Shown: positions 53,889-63,838, numbered from the stretch's first letter. The stretch: 64,000 nt of DNA from Dehalococcoidia bacterium (GCA_965197645.1 OZ240219.1:1216001-1280000), one strand, 5' to 3'. Numbers and translations: made by a program. Notes: a model not told the origin generated them from the letters alone.

Positions 53889-54149
53889 GTAGCGTCGGTT
53901 ACTTGGCCTCGGTCCAAGAAGGCCGAGTGCGGGTTTCTATTTCACGGCCGGCAACGCGTTTCTCCACGATTAGCCGAAACAAGGGAGACAGGTGCACGGG
54001 AGGGACCATAGCTTGGTTTCGATCTGTGTTTACAGTCTAGACTTGTTTGTCAACATTATCCAGCGAGAGATGGCCTGAGTACGACCCCGCCCTGGGGACG
54101 CGAATGAGTGCTTTCCCTCTGACGGGGAGTAGAACCACCTGGGGTGGGA

Positions 54150-54372
54150 CAACCTTCCTCACCAGGAAGAGGAAAGAAAAAAGAGATAGTTTCTGAGGGA
54201 CACCCTCAGACCTCGGCCTGCCTGTCCGAGCCTCAGGCAGACCGGGCAAAGGGGTTTGGCCCTATCTTCTCTCAAGTTATGGGTGCAGGGCCTCGCCCTG
54301 TCTCTGGCAGGGAGTTTGGGGGATGTGCCCCCAATATACAAAACGTCCCGGGGTGGGTGGGAGGGAAGAACT
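54150..54372. repeat. Back-to-back repeat copies G (reverse, with insertion) and G2 (forward)
   Basis: GAAAAAAGAGATAGTTTCTGAGGGACACCCTCAGAC is the reverse complement of copy B; then GGGTGCAGGG...GGGAGTTTGGGGGATGTGCCCCCAA. Confidence 0.8.
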
Positions 54373-54389
54373 ACTTAGGGTGGAGCGGA

Positions 54390-55493
54390 TTACTCAGGGG
54401 ACGGGTAAGGGTAGTAGGCCAGCCCCACGGCCTTGAAGAACATCTCGTCCTCGTCGCCTTGCTTAATGTGCAACGCTGCTATGGCCCTCACATACCCCTC
54501 TTTTGCGTCCTGGAGCATAGCCTTCATCTCGGCCCGCATGTTTACCGGCACTTCCAGCAACGCTGTATCGAACATCTCGGTATGTGACCTGATATGGTCG
54601 CCCAGCACCTCTCGGATATCGAGGACCTCATCGAAGTTCAGGGCTTCCGACGAGCCGGCCTCGGCCCTTTCGAAGACCAGCTTGATGGCGGCGTCCCGTT
54701 GCTGCTCCTGTACCAGGATGGACATCTGGTTCAGATGGTCTTCCAGCTCGGCGGCGAGCTTGCTTACGTCTTCGTAGTTGCCCTCCTTGGCCATTGCGGC
54801 CAGTTCGTGGGCCCGGCGGTTGGCCAGCTTGATGTGGACGTCGGCCTCCTTGTAAGAGGATGTGGCCATAGTAAGCTCCACCTTTTCCGTGAACTCCTTC
54901 ACCGGGTAGAGCAGGTCATCGGGCATGCTGTCCGATGAGGCCTTGACCGCGCCCGCGCCGACGAGCACCATTATCAGTACGCTGGCCAGCGCAACGGCGG
55001 CCTTGAAGGACCATCTGCGTCCCAGCAGCCGGGCGATGTAGCCCCCGGGTCCCCTTCGGCCGGGGTAGGATAGGACCCGGGTCAAAGCGGCATCTTTGAA
55101 CTCGGCTCGAGCCTCTACGGCAAACTCCTGCTTCAAGGCCAGTGCAGTCGTCAAGAGGCGTTCCAGGGCTGTGGCGTGGGCGGGATGACGCTTCAGACAC
55201 TGCTCGATGGAGTACCCCTGCTGGAGCAGGTCGATGCACTGGTCTAGAGCGTCCTCCAAACCGCCGTGCGCTTCGTCGTTGCCCAGCTGAATACCGAGAT
55301 ACCGCCGCGTCTCTGATTTCAGTTCAGGGTTCGGTGTGGTGGAGCTGGACGCTATAGCCTGGCTTGCAATTTGAAGGAGGGGCGCCAGTTCTTCTGCGTG
55401 TTCGGGATAGTTGGATAACAACTCTTCAACCGGCTCCCCCAGCAGAAGGCCGTCCAGGCAGTGGTCTAATGCCTCCTCAATCCTCCGGTCCAT
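54390..55493 (-). CDS. Membrane-anchored anti-sigma factor (DUF5667-like)
   Basis: Duplicated ALDxC..P.HA..L..LL N-terminal motif, single TM, SMPDDLLYPVK..E, LANRR..E; overlaps the sigma gene. Confidence 0.8.
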   Translation of the reverse strand: MDRRIEEALDHCLDGLLLGEPVEELLSNYPEHAEELAPLLQIASQAIASSSTTPNPELKSETRRYLGIQLGNDEAHGGLEDALDQCIDLLQQGYSIEQCLKRHPAHATALERLLTTALALKQEFAVEARAEFKDAALTRVLSYPGRRGPGGYIARLLGRRWSFKAAVALASVLIMVLVGAGAVKASSDSMPDDLLYPVKEFTEKVELTMATSSYKEADVHIKLANRRAHELAAMAKEGNYEDVSKLAAELEDHLNQMSILVQEQQRDAAIKLVFERAEAGSSEALNFDEVLDIREVLGDHIRSHTEMFDTALLEVPVNMRAEMKAMLQDAKEGYVRAIAALHIKQGDEDEMFFKAVGLAYYPYPSPE

Positions 55494-56031
55494 CGCCGTA
55501 CTCCGTTGCGAACATCTTCCTCAAGGTCACCAAGGCGCTGTGCTGCGAAGCCTTGACGGCTCCCTCTGTCTTTCCCATAACCTTGGCCGTTTCGGCTATG
55601 GACAGGCCGCCGGCCAATCTGAGGTTCAGGACCTGTTGCTGTGCCTGAGTAAGTCTTTTGATCCCGCCCTTTAGCTTGTCCATGGCAATGTTTATCGTGG
55701 CCCTCTCATGAGGCGAGGGCGCGCTGCTGGGAACCGTGTCCTCTATCGGAGTCGTCTGCCTCTTAGATATCCTGCGCAGATGGTCCACCACCACGTTGTG
55801 AGCGATGCGAAACAGCCAGGCGCCTATGGAAACGCCGCGCCATTGGAAGGACCCGATGGCCTCCAGGGCCTTGAGGAAGACCTCCTCGGTCAGGTCCTCG
55901 GCATCGGGCTGGTTGCCAACCCGCACGGCGATGTATCGATAGATCTTGTCGAAGTACTCTTCGTAAAGAGCTTCGAAGGCCCGATCATCGCCGGCCTGGG
56001 CACTTCTTACTAATCTCTCTTCGCTTTGCAC
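55477..56031 (-). CDS. ECF sigma-70 factor
   Basis: AFEALYEEY, DAEDLTEEVF, AWLFRIAHN, ETAKVMGKTEGAVK. Confidence 0.95.
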   Translation of the reverse strand: MQSEERLVRSAQAGDDRAFEALYEEYFDKIYRYIAVRVGNQPDAEDLTEEVFLKALEAIGSFQWRGVSIGAWLFRIAHNVVVDHLRRISKRQTTPIEDTVPSSAPSPHERATINIAMDKLKGGIKRLTQAQQQVLNLRLAGGLSIAETAKVMGKTEGAVKASQHSALVTLRKMFATEYGDGPED

Positions 56032-56207
56032 TAGACAACCCCGTTTCTTTCGGTTGTCTCATCCGGCCGGTCTGCCTAGAACAGACTGATATGATTCGTA
56101 CTGAACTGTTGTCCGTGCAATTAATATAACGTATTTATGGCCGGAAGGGTAACCTCCAGGCACTCGTATGATAAAATGGTGACTGTTTTGACCGGCGGGG
56201 GAACTCA

Positions 56208-56867
56208 ATGATAGCGACGGCAACCCACTTCATCGTCAGGCCGATGAAGACCGATGACACCGACCAGGTACTGGAGGTGGAGAGAGACGCGTTCCCCACC
56301 TTATGGCCCCCCACCCCCTTCAAAAGGGAGATGAAAAACAAGCTGGCCCGCTACATCGTGGCCGTGGACGAAGATAGAGTCCGCCCAGAATCGGCTTCGG
56401 ACGGCGTTGGAGCGGGCCTACTCGGATGGGTCCGAGACCTGCGAAGGTTGCTGGTGGACGCCAATCGCGAGACCTCCAGCCGGGATGCCCAGTTCGTCGT
56501 CGGCTACCTGGGCATCTGGTCGATGGTGGACGACGCACACATCGTGGCCGTGGGCGTCAGGGGGCCGTATCGAAGGCTGGGGGTGGGCGAGCTCATGATG
56601 ATCCGGTCGATCGAGATAGCCAGGGAGTGGGGCTCCCGCTCTTTAACACTGGAGGTACGGGTCTCCAACTTCGCCGCTCAGGCGTTGTACGAAAAGTACG
56701 GCTTCAAGAAGGTGGGAGTTCGCAAGCGTTACTACAACGACAACCACGAAGACGCTTACGTGATGACCACCGACCCCATAGGCACGGAGGAATACCAGAG
56801 CCTCTTCGAGCGTCTCAAGCAATCTCACTTCCACCGGCTGGCTATGCAGCTGGCCCCCGAGGGCTAG
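56208..56867 (+). CDS. rimI: Ribosomal-protein-alanine N-acetyltransferase
   Basis: AHIVAVGV..YRRLGVG, LTLEVRVSN..AQALYEKYGF..VGVRKRYY...EDA. Confidence 0.9.
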   Translation: MIATATHFIVRPMKTDDTDQVLEVERDAFPTLWPPTPFKREMKNKLARYIVAVDEDRVRPESASDGVGAGLLGWVRDLRRLLVDANRETSSRDAQFVVGYLGIWSMVDDAHIVAVGVRGPYRRLGVGELMMIRSIEIAREWGSRSLTLEVRVSNFAAQALYEKYGFKKVGVRKRYYNDNHEDAYVMTTDPIGTEEYQSLFERLKQSHFHRLAMQLAPEG

Positions 56868-56914
56868 GTCCTCTGGACACGCCTTCTCCCCGGTACTTTC
56901 CAATGCAACCAACT

Positions 56915-57020
56915 AACCGGGGGTGCAGATGGGAGGCGACCCCCTCTGGCGGAGGGCCGGGGATATCCCCTTGATGTTTTCTTCCCCATTTTCGGGGATA
57001 GCGGGAAAGAGGGTTCGATG
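56915..57020 (+). repeat. Dispersed repeat copy H (degenerate)
   Basis: GGGGGTGCAGA...CCCCTCTGGCGGAGGGCCGGGGATATCCCC...TTCCCC... Confidence 0.65.
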
Positions 57021-57043
57021 AGTGCTTTTAGCTGTTTGGAGGT

Positions 57044-58402
57044 ATGTTCATGGCTACTTTAGCCGAGCTTCTAGTTCAGGTAGACCAAGCGCATGACGAG
57101 ATAATCCAGCTCGAACAGGACCTGGTGCGAATCCCGACGGTCAATACTGGCTTCATGCCCACGGGAGACGAGACCAAGGCATGCGAGTTCCTGGAGCGGA
57201 AGCTGGCCGCCGATGGGATCGCCAGTGAGACCCTGGGCCGAGCGCCGGAACGGGGCAACCTGTTCGCCCGGTTGAACGGCGCCAGCGGAAACCCGGTCCT
57301 GCACTACATGTCTCACACCGACGTCGTTCCCGTGGAGACCGAAGCGGAGTGGATATGCGATCCCTTCAGTGCCGAAATCCGGGGCACCCGGCTCTACGGC
57401 CGCGGTGCATCGGACTGCAAGGCGCTGTTGACCTGCCAGGTCATGGCCATGCTCATCCTCAAGCGGGCCGGTGTCCAGCTCTCCGGTGATCTGCTGTTGT
57501 CCACCGGGGCGGACGAGGAGGCGGGGGGAAGATGGGGGTACGGCTGGCTGGCCGAGCACCACCCCGACAAGCTCAAGTCCGATATGGTCATCAACGAGGG
57601 TGGCGGTGAGATCATCAAGCGGGAGGGGGCGCCGGGCATCGCATTCGGCATAGGGGACAAGGGCCGCTTGGAGCTCCACGTCAACGTGAGCGGAGTCCCC
57701 GCCCACGGCTCCACCCCGTGGAACGGTGTGAACGCCATCGGCAACGCACGCCAGGTGCTGGACCGGCTGTTCGCATACCAGCCGGAGCTGGACGTATCCC
57801 TGGAGGTGTTCGGGCATCTGAGAAGCCTGGGAGTGGACGAGGCGCCGACTGTCGGGAACATCGAACGGCTGGCCGAAGAGGTTGAGAAACGGGACAAGCA
57901 GCTGGCCACGCGGATGCGCGGGCTATCCAGGATGACCATTACACCCACCATGATAGGCGGAGGAATCAAGTCAAACTCCATTCCTGCCTCCTGCCTCATC
58001 ACCTGCGATATCCGCACCCTGCCCCACCAGGACCTCGACTATGTGCATCAAGAGGTGGAGAAGATCCTCGAGGGGATACCCGACGTGGAGTTCGACATCG
58101 ATTACACCGCCGTGCCCAGCCTGACACCTTACGACACGCCCTTTGCCGCCCAGGTGCGAGAGGCCAGCGAGATCGCCATGGAGGGCGCCGAGGCGGTGTG
58201 GATTCCCACCTTCAGCACCGGGTTCACCGATTCCCGGTTCGTTCGCCAGATGGGCATCCCTACCTACGGGTTTCAGCTTTCGCACCCCGAGGATGACCCC
58301 GACCTCTCAAATATCCACGGCACCAACGAGTCCATCGACATCCGCAGCCTAATCCTCGGCACCAAGATGCTGGTCGCTTTGGCTTACAACGTGCTGACCT
58401 GA
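57044..58402 (+). CDS. M20/M25/M40 metallo-hydrolase (ArgE/DapE-like)
   Basis: SHTDVVP, YGRGASDCK, ADEEAGG, INEGG, AHGS, GFTDSR, IHGTNE. Confidence 0.92.
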   Translation: MFMATLAELLVQVDQAHDEIIQLEQDLVRIPTVNTGFMPTGDETKACEFLERKLAADGIASETLGRAPERGNLFARLNGASGNPVLHYMSHTDVVPVETEAEWICDPFSAEIRGTRLYGRGASDCKALLTCQVMAMLILKRAGVQLSGDLLLSTGADEEAGGRWGYGWLAEHHPDKLKSDMVINEGGGEIIKREGAPGIAFGIGDKGRLELHVNVSGVPAHGSTPWNGVNAIGNARQVLDRLFAYQPELDVSLEVFGHLRSLGVDEAPTVGNIERLAEEVEKRDKQLATRMRGLSRMTITPTMIGGGIKSNSIPASCLITCDIRTLPHQDLDYVHQEVEKILEGIPDVEFDIDYTAVPSLTPYDTPFAAQVREASEIAMEGAEAVWIPTFSTGFTDSRFVRQMGIPTYGFQLSHPEDDPDLSNIHGTNESIDIRSLILGTKMLVALAYNVLT

Positions 58403-58436
58403 TCCTCATGAGGCACAGGTTCGAGGCGAGACCATC

Positions 58437-59369
58437 TTGATCACCGTCCTGGCAGGCGGCGTGGGCGCGGCCCGCTTTCTACAGGGTTTGGTGCAGGTCG
58501 TAGACCCACAGGAGGTCACCGTTATCGTCAACACCGGCGATGACGTGGTGCTTCACGGGCTATACATCTCCCCCGACGTCGATACCGTGACCTACACGCT
58601 GGCCGGCCTCTCCGACGAGGAGCGGGGGTGGGGGGTCAAGGACGAGTCTTTCCGTACCCTCTCCGTCTTGAAACAGCTGGGCCGTAACACCTGGTTCAAC
58701 CTGGGTGATCGGGACATGGCCCTCCACATACACCGTACCGATCTGATGAGGTCGGGGAAGTCCCTGTCGGAGGTGACGGCCCAGGTTGCGTCCATCTTCG
58801 GCGTCCGGTGCAGCATACTGCCTATGAGCGACCAGAGGGTCGAGACCCGGGTTGTCACCGAGGCCGGAGACCTGGGTTTCCAGGAGTACCTGGTCAAACG
58901 CGGCGCCCGGGACGAAGTGAAGGAATTGAGGTTCGCAGGCGCGGAGTACGCTCGACCCGCGCCAAACGTCATCGAGGCCATAGACGCGGCCGACGGAATC
59001 GTCATCGCGCCCAGCAATCCTCTCATCAGCATTGGCCCTATTTTCGCCGTGGAGGGTGTCAGGGATGCTCTAGTCGGCTGCGGTGCTCCCGTCGCCGCCA
59101 TCAGCCCGATAGTCGACGGGGCTGCCATCAAGGGGCCGGCCGCCGACATGATGCGAGGTCTGGGCATGGAAGTCAGCGCCTGGAAGGTCGCCGAGCTTTA
59201 TAACGATCTTCTGGACACGTTCATCCTGGATAACGTTGACGCCGACCAGGTTGAAAGGGTACGGGCCCTCGGGCTGGAACCTGTCGTTACCGATACAATC
59301 ATGACCGACATAGGCAAGAAGACGGCCCTTGCTCGGACGTGCCTGGAAGCCATGGGGCTGGCAGGGTGA
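58437..59369 (+). CDS. cofD: 2-phospho-L-lactate transferase (F420 biosynthesis)
   Basis: LAGGVGAARF, VNTGDD, ISPDVDT, WFNLGDRD, FQEY, PSNPLISIGP, KGPA. Confidence 0.95.
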   Translation: MITVLAGGVGAARFLQGLVQVVDPQEVTVIVNTGDDVVLHGLYISPDVDTVTYTLAGLSDEERGWGVKDESFRTLSVLKQLGRNTWFNLGDRDMALHIHRTDLMRSGKSLSEVTAQVASIFGVRCSILPMSDQRVETRVVTEAGDLGFQEYLVKRGARDEVKELRFAGAEYARPAPNVIEAIDAADGIVIAPSNPLISIGPIFAVEGVRDALVGCGAPVAAISPIVDGAAIKGPAADMMRGLGMEVSAWKVAELYNDLLDTFILDNVDADQVERVRALGLEPVVTDTIMTDIGKKTALARTCLEAMGLAG

Positions 59370-60043
59370 CGACCGTCGGGCTGGTGCCTGTCAAAGGGCT
59401 GTCCAAGGCGCCCCTGAGCCGGCTGGCTTCGCTGCTGAACGAGGAGGAGCGAGGCCGGTTGTCGCTGACCATGCTCCGGGATGTTCTCACCGTCCTGACC
59501 GGCGTGGACGGGTTTGAAGGTCTCGTGGCGGTCACCCGCGACCCAACGGTCCGGGAGATCGCCGAGAGCCACCGTATCCGGGTTATCGAAGAGCCGGTCA
59601 ATATAGTAGGTGAAGGGCCCGCAGTTGACTACGGCGCCGGCGTCCTCGCCGGCGAGGGTGTCGAGGGCGTGTTGATCGTCCCGTCGGACCTGCCTCTGGT
59701 CGATCGGTCCGATATAGAGACCCTGCTGGACGTCGATATCGGGTCTCCGTCCGTGGTGATGGCCCCCTCCGACGATGGTGGGACCAACGCCTTGTTGAAA
59801 AGACCCCCCGATGCCGTCCCCTCCCGCTTCGGTCCCGACAGTCTGCCCCTGCACATTCGAGAGGCCGAGTCCCGGGGCATCCCGTATCGTGTCATACCCC
59901 TGCCGTCCTTCACGACGGATATAGACTCACCGGAGGACCTGCTCCAATTCCTCGATACTCCCGGCGCCACCCTCACCTCCTCGCTGGTCGAGCAGATGGG
60001 TTTGAGGGAGAGGTTGAAGGGGGGAGGCCGCAAGGTCTCCTGA
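59366..60043 (+). CDS. cofC: 2-phospho-L-lactate/PEP guanylyltransferase (F420 biosynthesis)
   Basis: GTGA overlap with cofD; VPVK..SRLA, MLRDV, DLPL, GGTNALL, FGPDS..H, DIDSPEDL. Confidence 0.92.
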   Translation: MTTVGLVPVKGLSKAPLSRLASLLNEEERGRLSLTMLRDVLTVLTGVDGFEGLVAVTRDPTVREIAESHRIRVIEEPVNIVGEGPAVDYGAGVLAGEGVEGVLIVPSDLPLVDRSDIETLLDVDIGSPSVVMAPSDDGGTNALLKRPPDAVPSRFGPDSLPLHIREAESRGIPYRVIPLPSFTTDIDSPEDLLQFLDTPGATLTSSLVEQMGLRERLKGGGRKVS

Positions 60044-60174
60044 TGTCATCCATCCCGTTGGTCATTACGATGCTCAGACAGAAGCCTGCCCCTCCGATGC
60101 TATAATCGTTCCGTCCCGGCCCGGAAGCCGGTGAACTACCGCTACAAGAACGGTTTGAGCAGCTAGCGTCTAAT

Positions 60175-61152
60175 ATGAAAGCCCTTATACTCGCTCCCTT
60201 CGATGCCCTGTGTCTGCAAGAGCTCCAGAATCGGATCGAGGTGATCCACGAAAGCTGGCTGGAGACGAAGCGGCTGTACGATCCGGAAGACCTGGCGGAC
60301 AGGCTCCATCGTGAGGAGATAGAGATACTGGTGGTGGAGGCCGATTTCGTCCTGGAGGAGGTGTTCGAAGGAGCGCCCAGCCTGAGATTTGTCGGCATCT
60401 GCCGGAACGCCACAGGACAGATAGACATGGACAGCGCCACCGAGCGGGGAGTACTGGTGGTCAACACACCTGCCCGCAACTCCAACGCCGTCGCGGAGCT
60501 GGTCATAGGGCTGATGATGTCGTTGGCCCGCCGGATATCCACGGCTCACAACCGGGTTGTGTCCGGCTGCTGGAAAGATCCCGTGTCTCCCTACCTGGAG
60601 CTTCGAGGGACGGAACTGGCGGGCAAGACCCTGGGAGTCGTCGGTCTGGGCTCCATCGGCTCGATGCTGGCAAAAAAGGCGGCGGCTTTGGACATGGAAA
60701 TGATCGCTCACGATCCCTACGTGGCTCCCGAGACCAGCGCGATCAGATTGACCGGATTGCAGGAGCTGCTGAGGATATCCGACTTCGTTAGCCTGCACCT
60801 GCCTGGTGCGCCGGAGGTTGAGGGTCTGATAGGTCGGGACGAGATGAAGGCCATGAAGCCCACGGCATATCTGTTGAACACCTCCAATCCGCAGGCCATT
60901 GACGAGGGTTCCCTGGTTGAGGCGCTGTCCAACGGCGAGATAGCCGGCGCCGGGCTGGACGTTTATCAGAGCGCTCCCCTCCCTCCCGATCACCCCCTGC
61001 TCGCCTTGGAGAACGTGGTGCTGACTCCCCACATAGGAGGCGCCACCGACGATACGGTGGCAAGACACTCCCGGATGATGAAGGAGGCCATCTTCAGCTT
61101 CCTGGATGGTGTACGTCCCGACAACTTGGTGAACCCGGTGGCCTGGAAATAG
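60175..61152 (+). CDS. D-isomer 2-hydroxyacid dehydrogenase-family NAD(P) oxidoreductase (atypical active site)
   Basis: NTPARNSNAVAE, GKTLGVVGLGSIG, SDFVSLHLP, LTPHIGG. Confidence 0.9.
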   Translation: MKALILAPFDALCLQELQNRIEVIHESWLETKRLYDPEDLADRLHREEIEILVVEADFVLEEVFEGAPSLRFVGICRNATGQIDMDSATERGVLVVNTPARNSNAVAELVIGLMMSLARRISTAHNRVVSGCWKDPVSPYLELRGTELAGKTLGVVGLGSIGSMLAKKAAALDMEMIAHDPYVAPETSAIRLTGLQELLRISDFVSLHLPGAPEVEGLIGRDEMKAMKPTAYLLNTSNPQAIDEGSLVEALSNGEIAGAGLDVYQSAPLPPDHPLLALENVVLTPHIGGATDDTVARHSRMMKEAIFSFLDGVRPDNLVNPVAWK

Positions 61153-61184
61153 GACGGCCCGCATGTGCCTGGTAGATTGATGAA

Positions 61185-61290
61185 CGATGGGGTGTGCAGG
61201 GGGGCGAAGCCCCTTTGCCAGGAGTCTGAGGGTGTCCCCCAGATACGAATTTTCCCTCCTCCCCGGCTGGGGATGGGGACGGGGGGAGGG
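61185..61290 (+). repeat. Dispersed repeat copy I
   Basis: GGGGTGTGCAGGGGGGCGAAGCCCCTTTGCCAGGAGTCTGAGGGTGTCCCCCAG. Confidence 0.85.
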
Positions 61291-61316
61291 TAGGACCCGT
61301 TAGAAATCGGTATCTT

Positions 61317-62786
61317 ATGGCCCTCGATATGGGGACCAGTAGCGTCAAATGCCTGATCGTCGACACCGACGGCACGACTCGAGCCATTACCCGCCGCCAA
61401 GTCTCCTACGAAACCCCGGAGGGGTTGACGCCACTGGCCAGGGAGTTCTCGCCGAACGAGGTCTGGGATACGGCCTGTCTTCTGATCAGGGAGGCTCTCG
61501 ACCGGGCCGGGCTGATGGCCGAGGAGATTGCCGCCATCAGCGCCACCAGCCAACGGCAGGGAATGGTCGCCCTGGATAAGGGCGGAAGTGAGCTCTACGC
61601 CGGCCCGAACCGAGATGTTCGAGCCTTCTTCGAGGGGATGGCCCTGGACGGAGACCACAGCGATGAGATATACGCCGTCACGGGTCACCTGCCGTCCTTC
61701 CTGTTCGCGCCGGCCAAGATGTCCTGGCTCAAAGCTCACCGCCCCGATGTTTACGAAAAGGTCAGCAAGGTGCTGCCCATCAGCGGCTGGCTCACCTTCA
61801 AGCTCAGTGGAGAGACTGAGTGCGAACGCTCCGCTATGGGTGAGATTGGTCTGGTCAACGTGAGCACCGGCGAGCCGGACGCATCACGGATAGAAAACGG
61901 TTCGCTGATAGCGGGGCTCGGTACGGCGGGTGAAGTGGTCTGCGAAGTCACGTCACTGGCGGCATCGGAGACCGGACTTCCACAGGGGCTTCCCGTCGTG
62001 CTGGGAGGCCCCGATACCCAGTGCGGCCTGCTGGGTATGTCGGTTACTTCACCGGGGCAGTTGGGTATACTTACGGGGTGGAGCGCTCCTCTGCAGATGG
62101 TGACTTCAGAGCCTGTATTCGACCCTCGAAGGAGGACATGGACCGGCTGCCATCTGCTTCCAGGGCGCCGGGTGATTGAGAGCAACACCACCGAAGCCGG
62201 AGGCTCTCTGGACTGGATAAATCGTATATTGAGCATGACAGACGGGACCGATAATGGGCAGGCGGAAGGCCTCGCTCTCGGCGCGGACCAGGCGGTGGTG
62301 TTCCTGGGTCCGAGGATAATGAACTGTAGCAGCATGGGCCTGCAGCTGGGGGGCATGCTGTTTCCCGTGCCCGTAGCTCAGAGCGGCCTGAACGGCCCCG
62401 ACCTGTACAAAGCGGCCCTTGAAAATCTGGCCTTCGCCATAAGGGGAAACCACTGCCAGATAGAGGAGATAGTAGGGTCGGAGGTCTCGGAGGTCTGGCT
62501 GAGCGGTGGAGTCGCCAACATTCCCGCCTTTCCGCAGCTCATTGCAGACTCGTTGAACAGAGAAGTCAGCGTGCCGATCACCAGGGACTCGAGCCTCCTC
62601 GGCGCTGCCATCTGCGCCGCCGTCGGTGTGGGGGCTTACCAATCGCTTGAAGAGGCGGCGGTAGCTATGAGAGGCGAATACTCAACCCTCGTTCCGGATC
62701 CGGACGCCGCCGACGCGCTGGACCAGAGGTATCATAAGTGGCTCTCCATTTACGAGGAGTTGGAGAAGCTATCCGAGGCGCTGTGA
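61317..62786 (+). CDS. FGGY-family carbohydrate kinase (LsrK/xylulokinase-like)
   Basis: ALDMGTSS, ATSQRQG, PNRDVRA, GGPDTQCGLLG, ALENLAFA, LSGG, LLGAAICAAVG. Confidence 0.9.
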   Translation: MALDMGTSSVKCLIVDTDGTTRAITRRQVSYETPEGLTPLAREFSPNEVWDTACLLIREALDRAGLMAEEIAAISATSQRQGMVALDKGGSELYAGPNRDVRAFFEGMALDGDHSDEIYAVTGHLPSFLFAPAKMSWLKAHRPDVYEKVSKVLPISGWLTFKLSGETECERSAMGEIGLVNVSTGEPDASRIENGSLIAGLGTAGEVVCEVTSLAASETGLPQGLPVVLGGPDTQCGLLGMSVTSPGQLGILTGWSAPLQMVTSEPVFDPRRRTWTGCHLLPGRRVIESNTTEAGGSLDWINRILSMTDGTDNGQAEGLALGADQAVVFLGPRIMNCSSMGLQLGGMLFPVPVAQSGLNGPDLYKAALENLAFAIRGNHCQIEEIVGSEVSEVWLSGGVANIPAFPQLIADSLNREVSVPITRDSSLLGAAICAAVGVGAYQSLEEAAVAMRGEYSTLVPDPDAADALDQRYHKWLSIYEELEKLSEAL

Positions 62787-63469
62787 TGGGATGGCAGAGG
62801 CAAAAAGAGGAGGTGGTACGGGCCGCTGGAAAGCTGCTGGAGCGGGGCCTTGTAACCGCGACCAGCGGCAACGTCAGTGTGAGGCTGCCAACGAAAGACG
62901 GGCGGCTTCCCACGAACGACGATGGGCAGCTGTTCGCTATCACTCCCAGCGGCGTTCCCTATGAGGATATGAAGACCGAGGACATTATAGTGATCGATAG
63001 CGACGTTGACGTAATCGAGGGCGAAGGTGTGCCGTCCAGCGAGTCCCTCACCCATGTCGCCGTCTACGAGGCGCGGAGCGATGTCCGCTGTGTCATTCAT
63101 ACCCATTCCCTGTACGCCAGCGTGCTCGCCGTGGCAGCGGTCGATCTTCCGCCCATCATAGACGAGATGGTGGTGTATCTCGGTGGGCCGGTAAAGGTAG
63201 CCGAGTACGGGTTCCCCAGCACAGAGGAGCTGGGAGAGAAGACTGTGGCCGCCCTGGAAGACCGGAACGCGGTGCTGATCAGAAACCACGGGGTGGTGAG
63301 CACCGGTACCGGTGTATTCGAAGCCATGAGAGCCAGCGAGCTGGTGGAACGGGCGGCCCACATCTTCGTCGAGGCCAGGGCGTTCGGCCGCGTCCAGGAG
63401 CTTCCAGCCCCCGCGGTGGAGGCGGAGCGCCAGATATTCAAGATGCAACAACATATCGCCCAGGAGTAA
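62786..63469 (+). CDS. Class II aldolase/adducin family protein (FucA-like)
   Basis: TSGNVS, ITPSG, PSSE..H, IHTHS, RNHG; TGATG coupling to the kinase. Confidence 0.92.
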   Translation: MGWQRQKEEVVRAAGKLLERGLVTATSGNVSVRLPTKDGRLPTNDDGQLFAITPSGVPYEDMKTEDIIVIDSDVDVIEGEGVPSSESLTHVAVYEARSDVRCVIHTHSLYASVLAVAAVDLPPIIDEMVVYLGGPVKVAEYGFPSTEELGEKTVAALEDRNAVLIRNHGVVSTGTGVFEAMRASELVERAAHIFVEARAFGRVQELPAPAVEAERQIFKMQQHIAQE

Positions 63470-63475
63470 TCGTAC

Positions 63476-63838
63476 ATGGTTACCGTTCCCGGATTTCTAC
63501 TACGCAGGCTCTACGTCAAGGGTAGCCTGTCCAACAGCCCGGAGGGGGTCCGGTTCCAGCTGAAGAACTCGCTGGGCTCCGGCTACGCCAAAGCCATGCT
63601 GCCCGTGTCCATCGATGGGAAGGAGCAGCCGTTGGAAGACGCCGTCTTTCTCGTGGACGGAGTCGAGACCACCTTTTCAGAGGTGACCGATACAAACACC
63701 TTTACCATCGGCATGAACAAGACCATCGAAATCCTGGTGAAGGGGGCGTCCCTGGACACGGGGGGCCATAAGGTAGGCATGGGATTCGTAGTACCGGGAC
63801 TGGGCGCCCTCAAGTTCGAGGTCAAGGACCAAGTCTAG
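63476..63838 (+). CDS. Hypothetical protein (120 aa, predicted beta-rich)
   Basis: AGGAG RBS, 6 nt after the aldolase; VPGFLLRRLYVKGSL.N...F.LKN motif. Confidence 0.75.
   Translation: MVTVPGFLLRRLYVKGSLSNSPEGVRFQLKNSLGSGYAKAMLPVSIDGKEQPLEDAVFLVDGVETTFSEVTDTNTFTIGMNKTIEILVKGASLDTGGHKVGMGFVVPGLGALKFEVKDQV

Noticed and set aside
62881-62930. Short duplication RLPTKDG/RLPTNDDG in the aldolase
   Set aside because: In-frame micro-duplication in a probable loop; catalytic motifs are intact.
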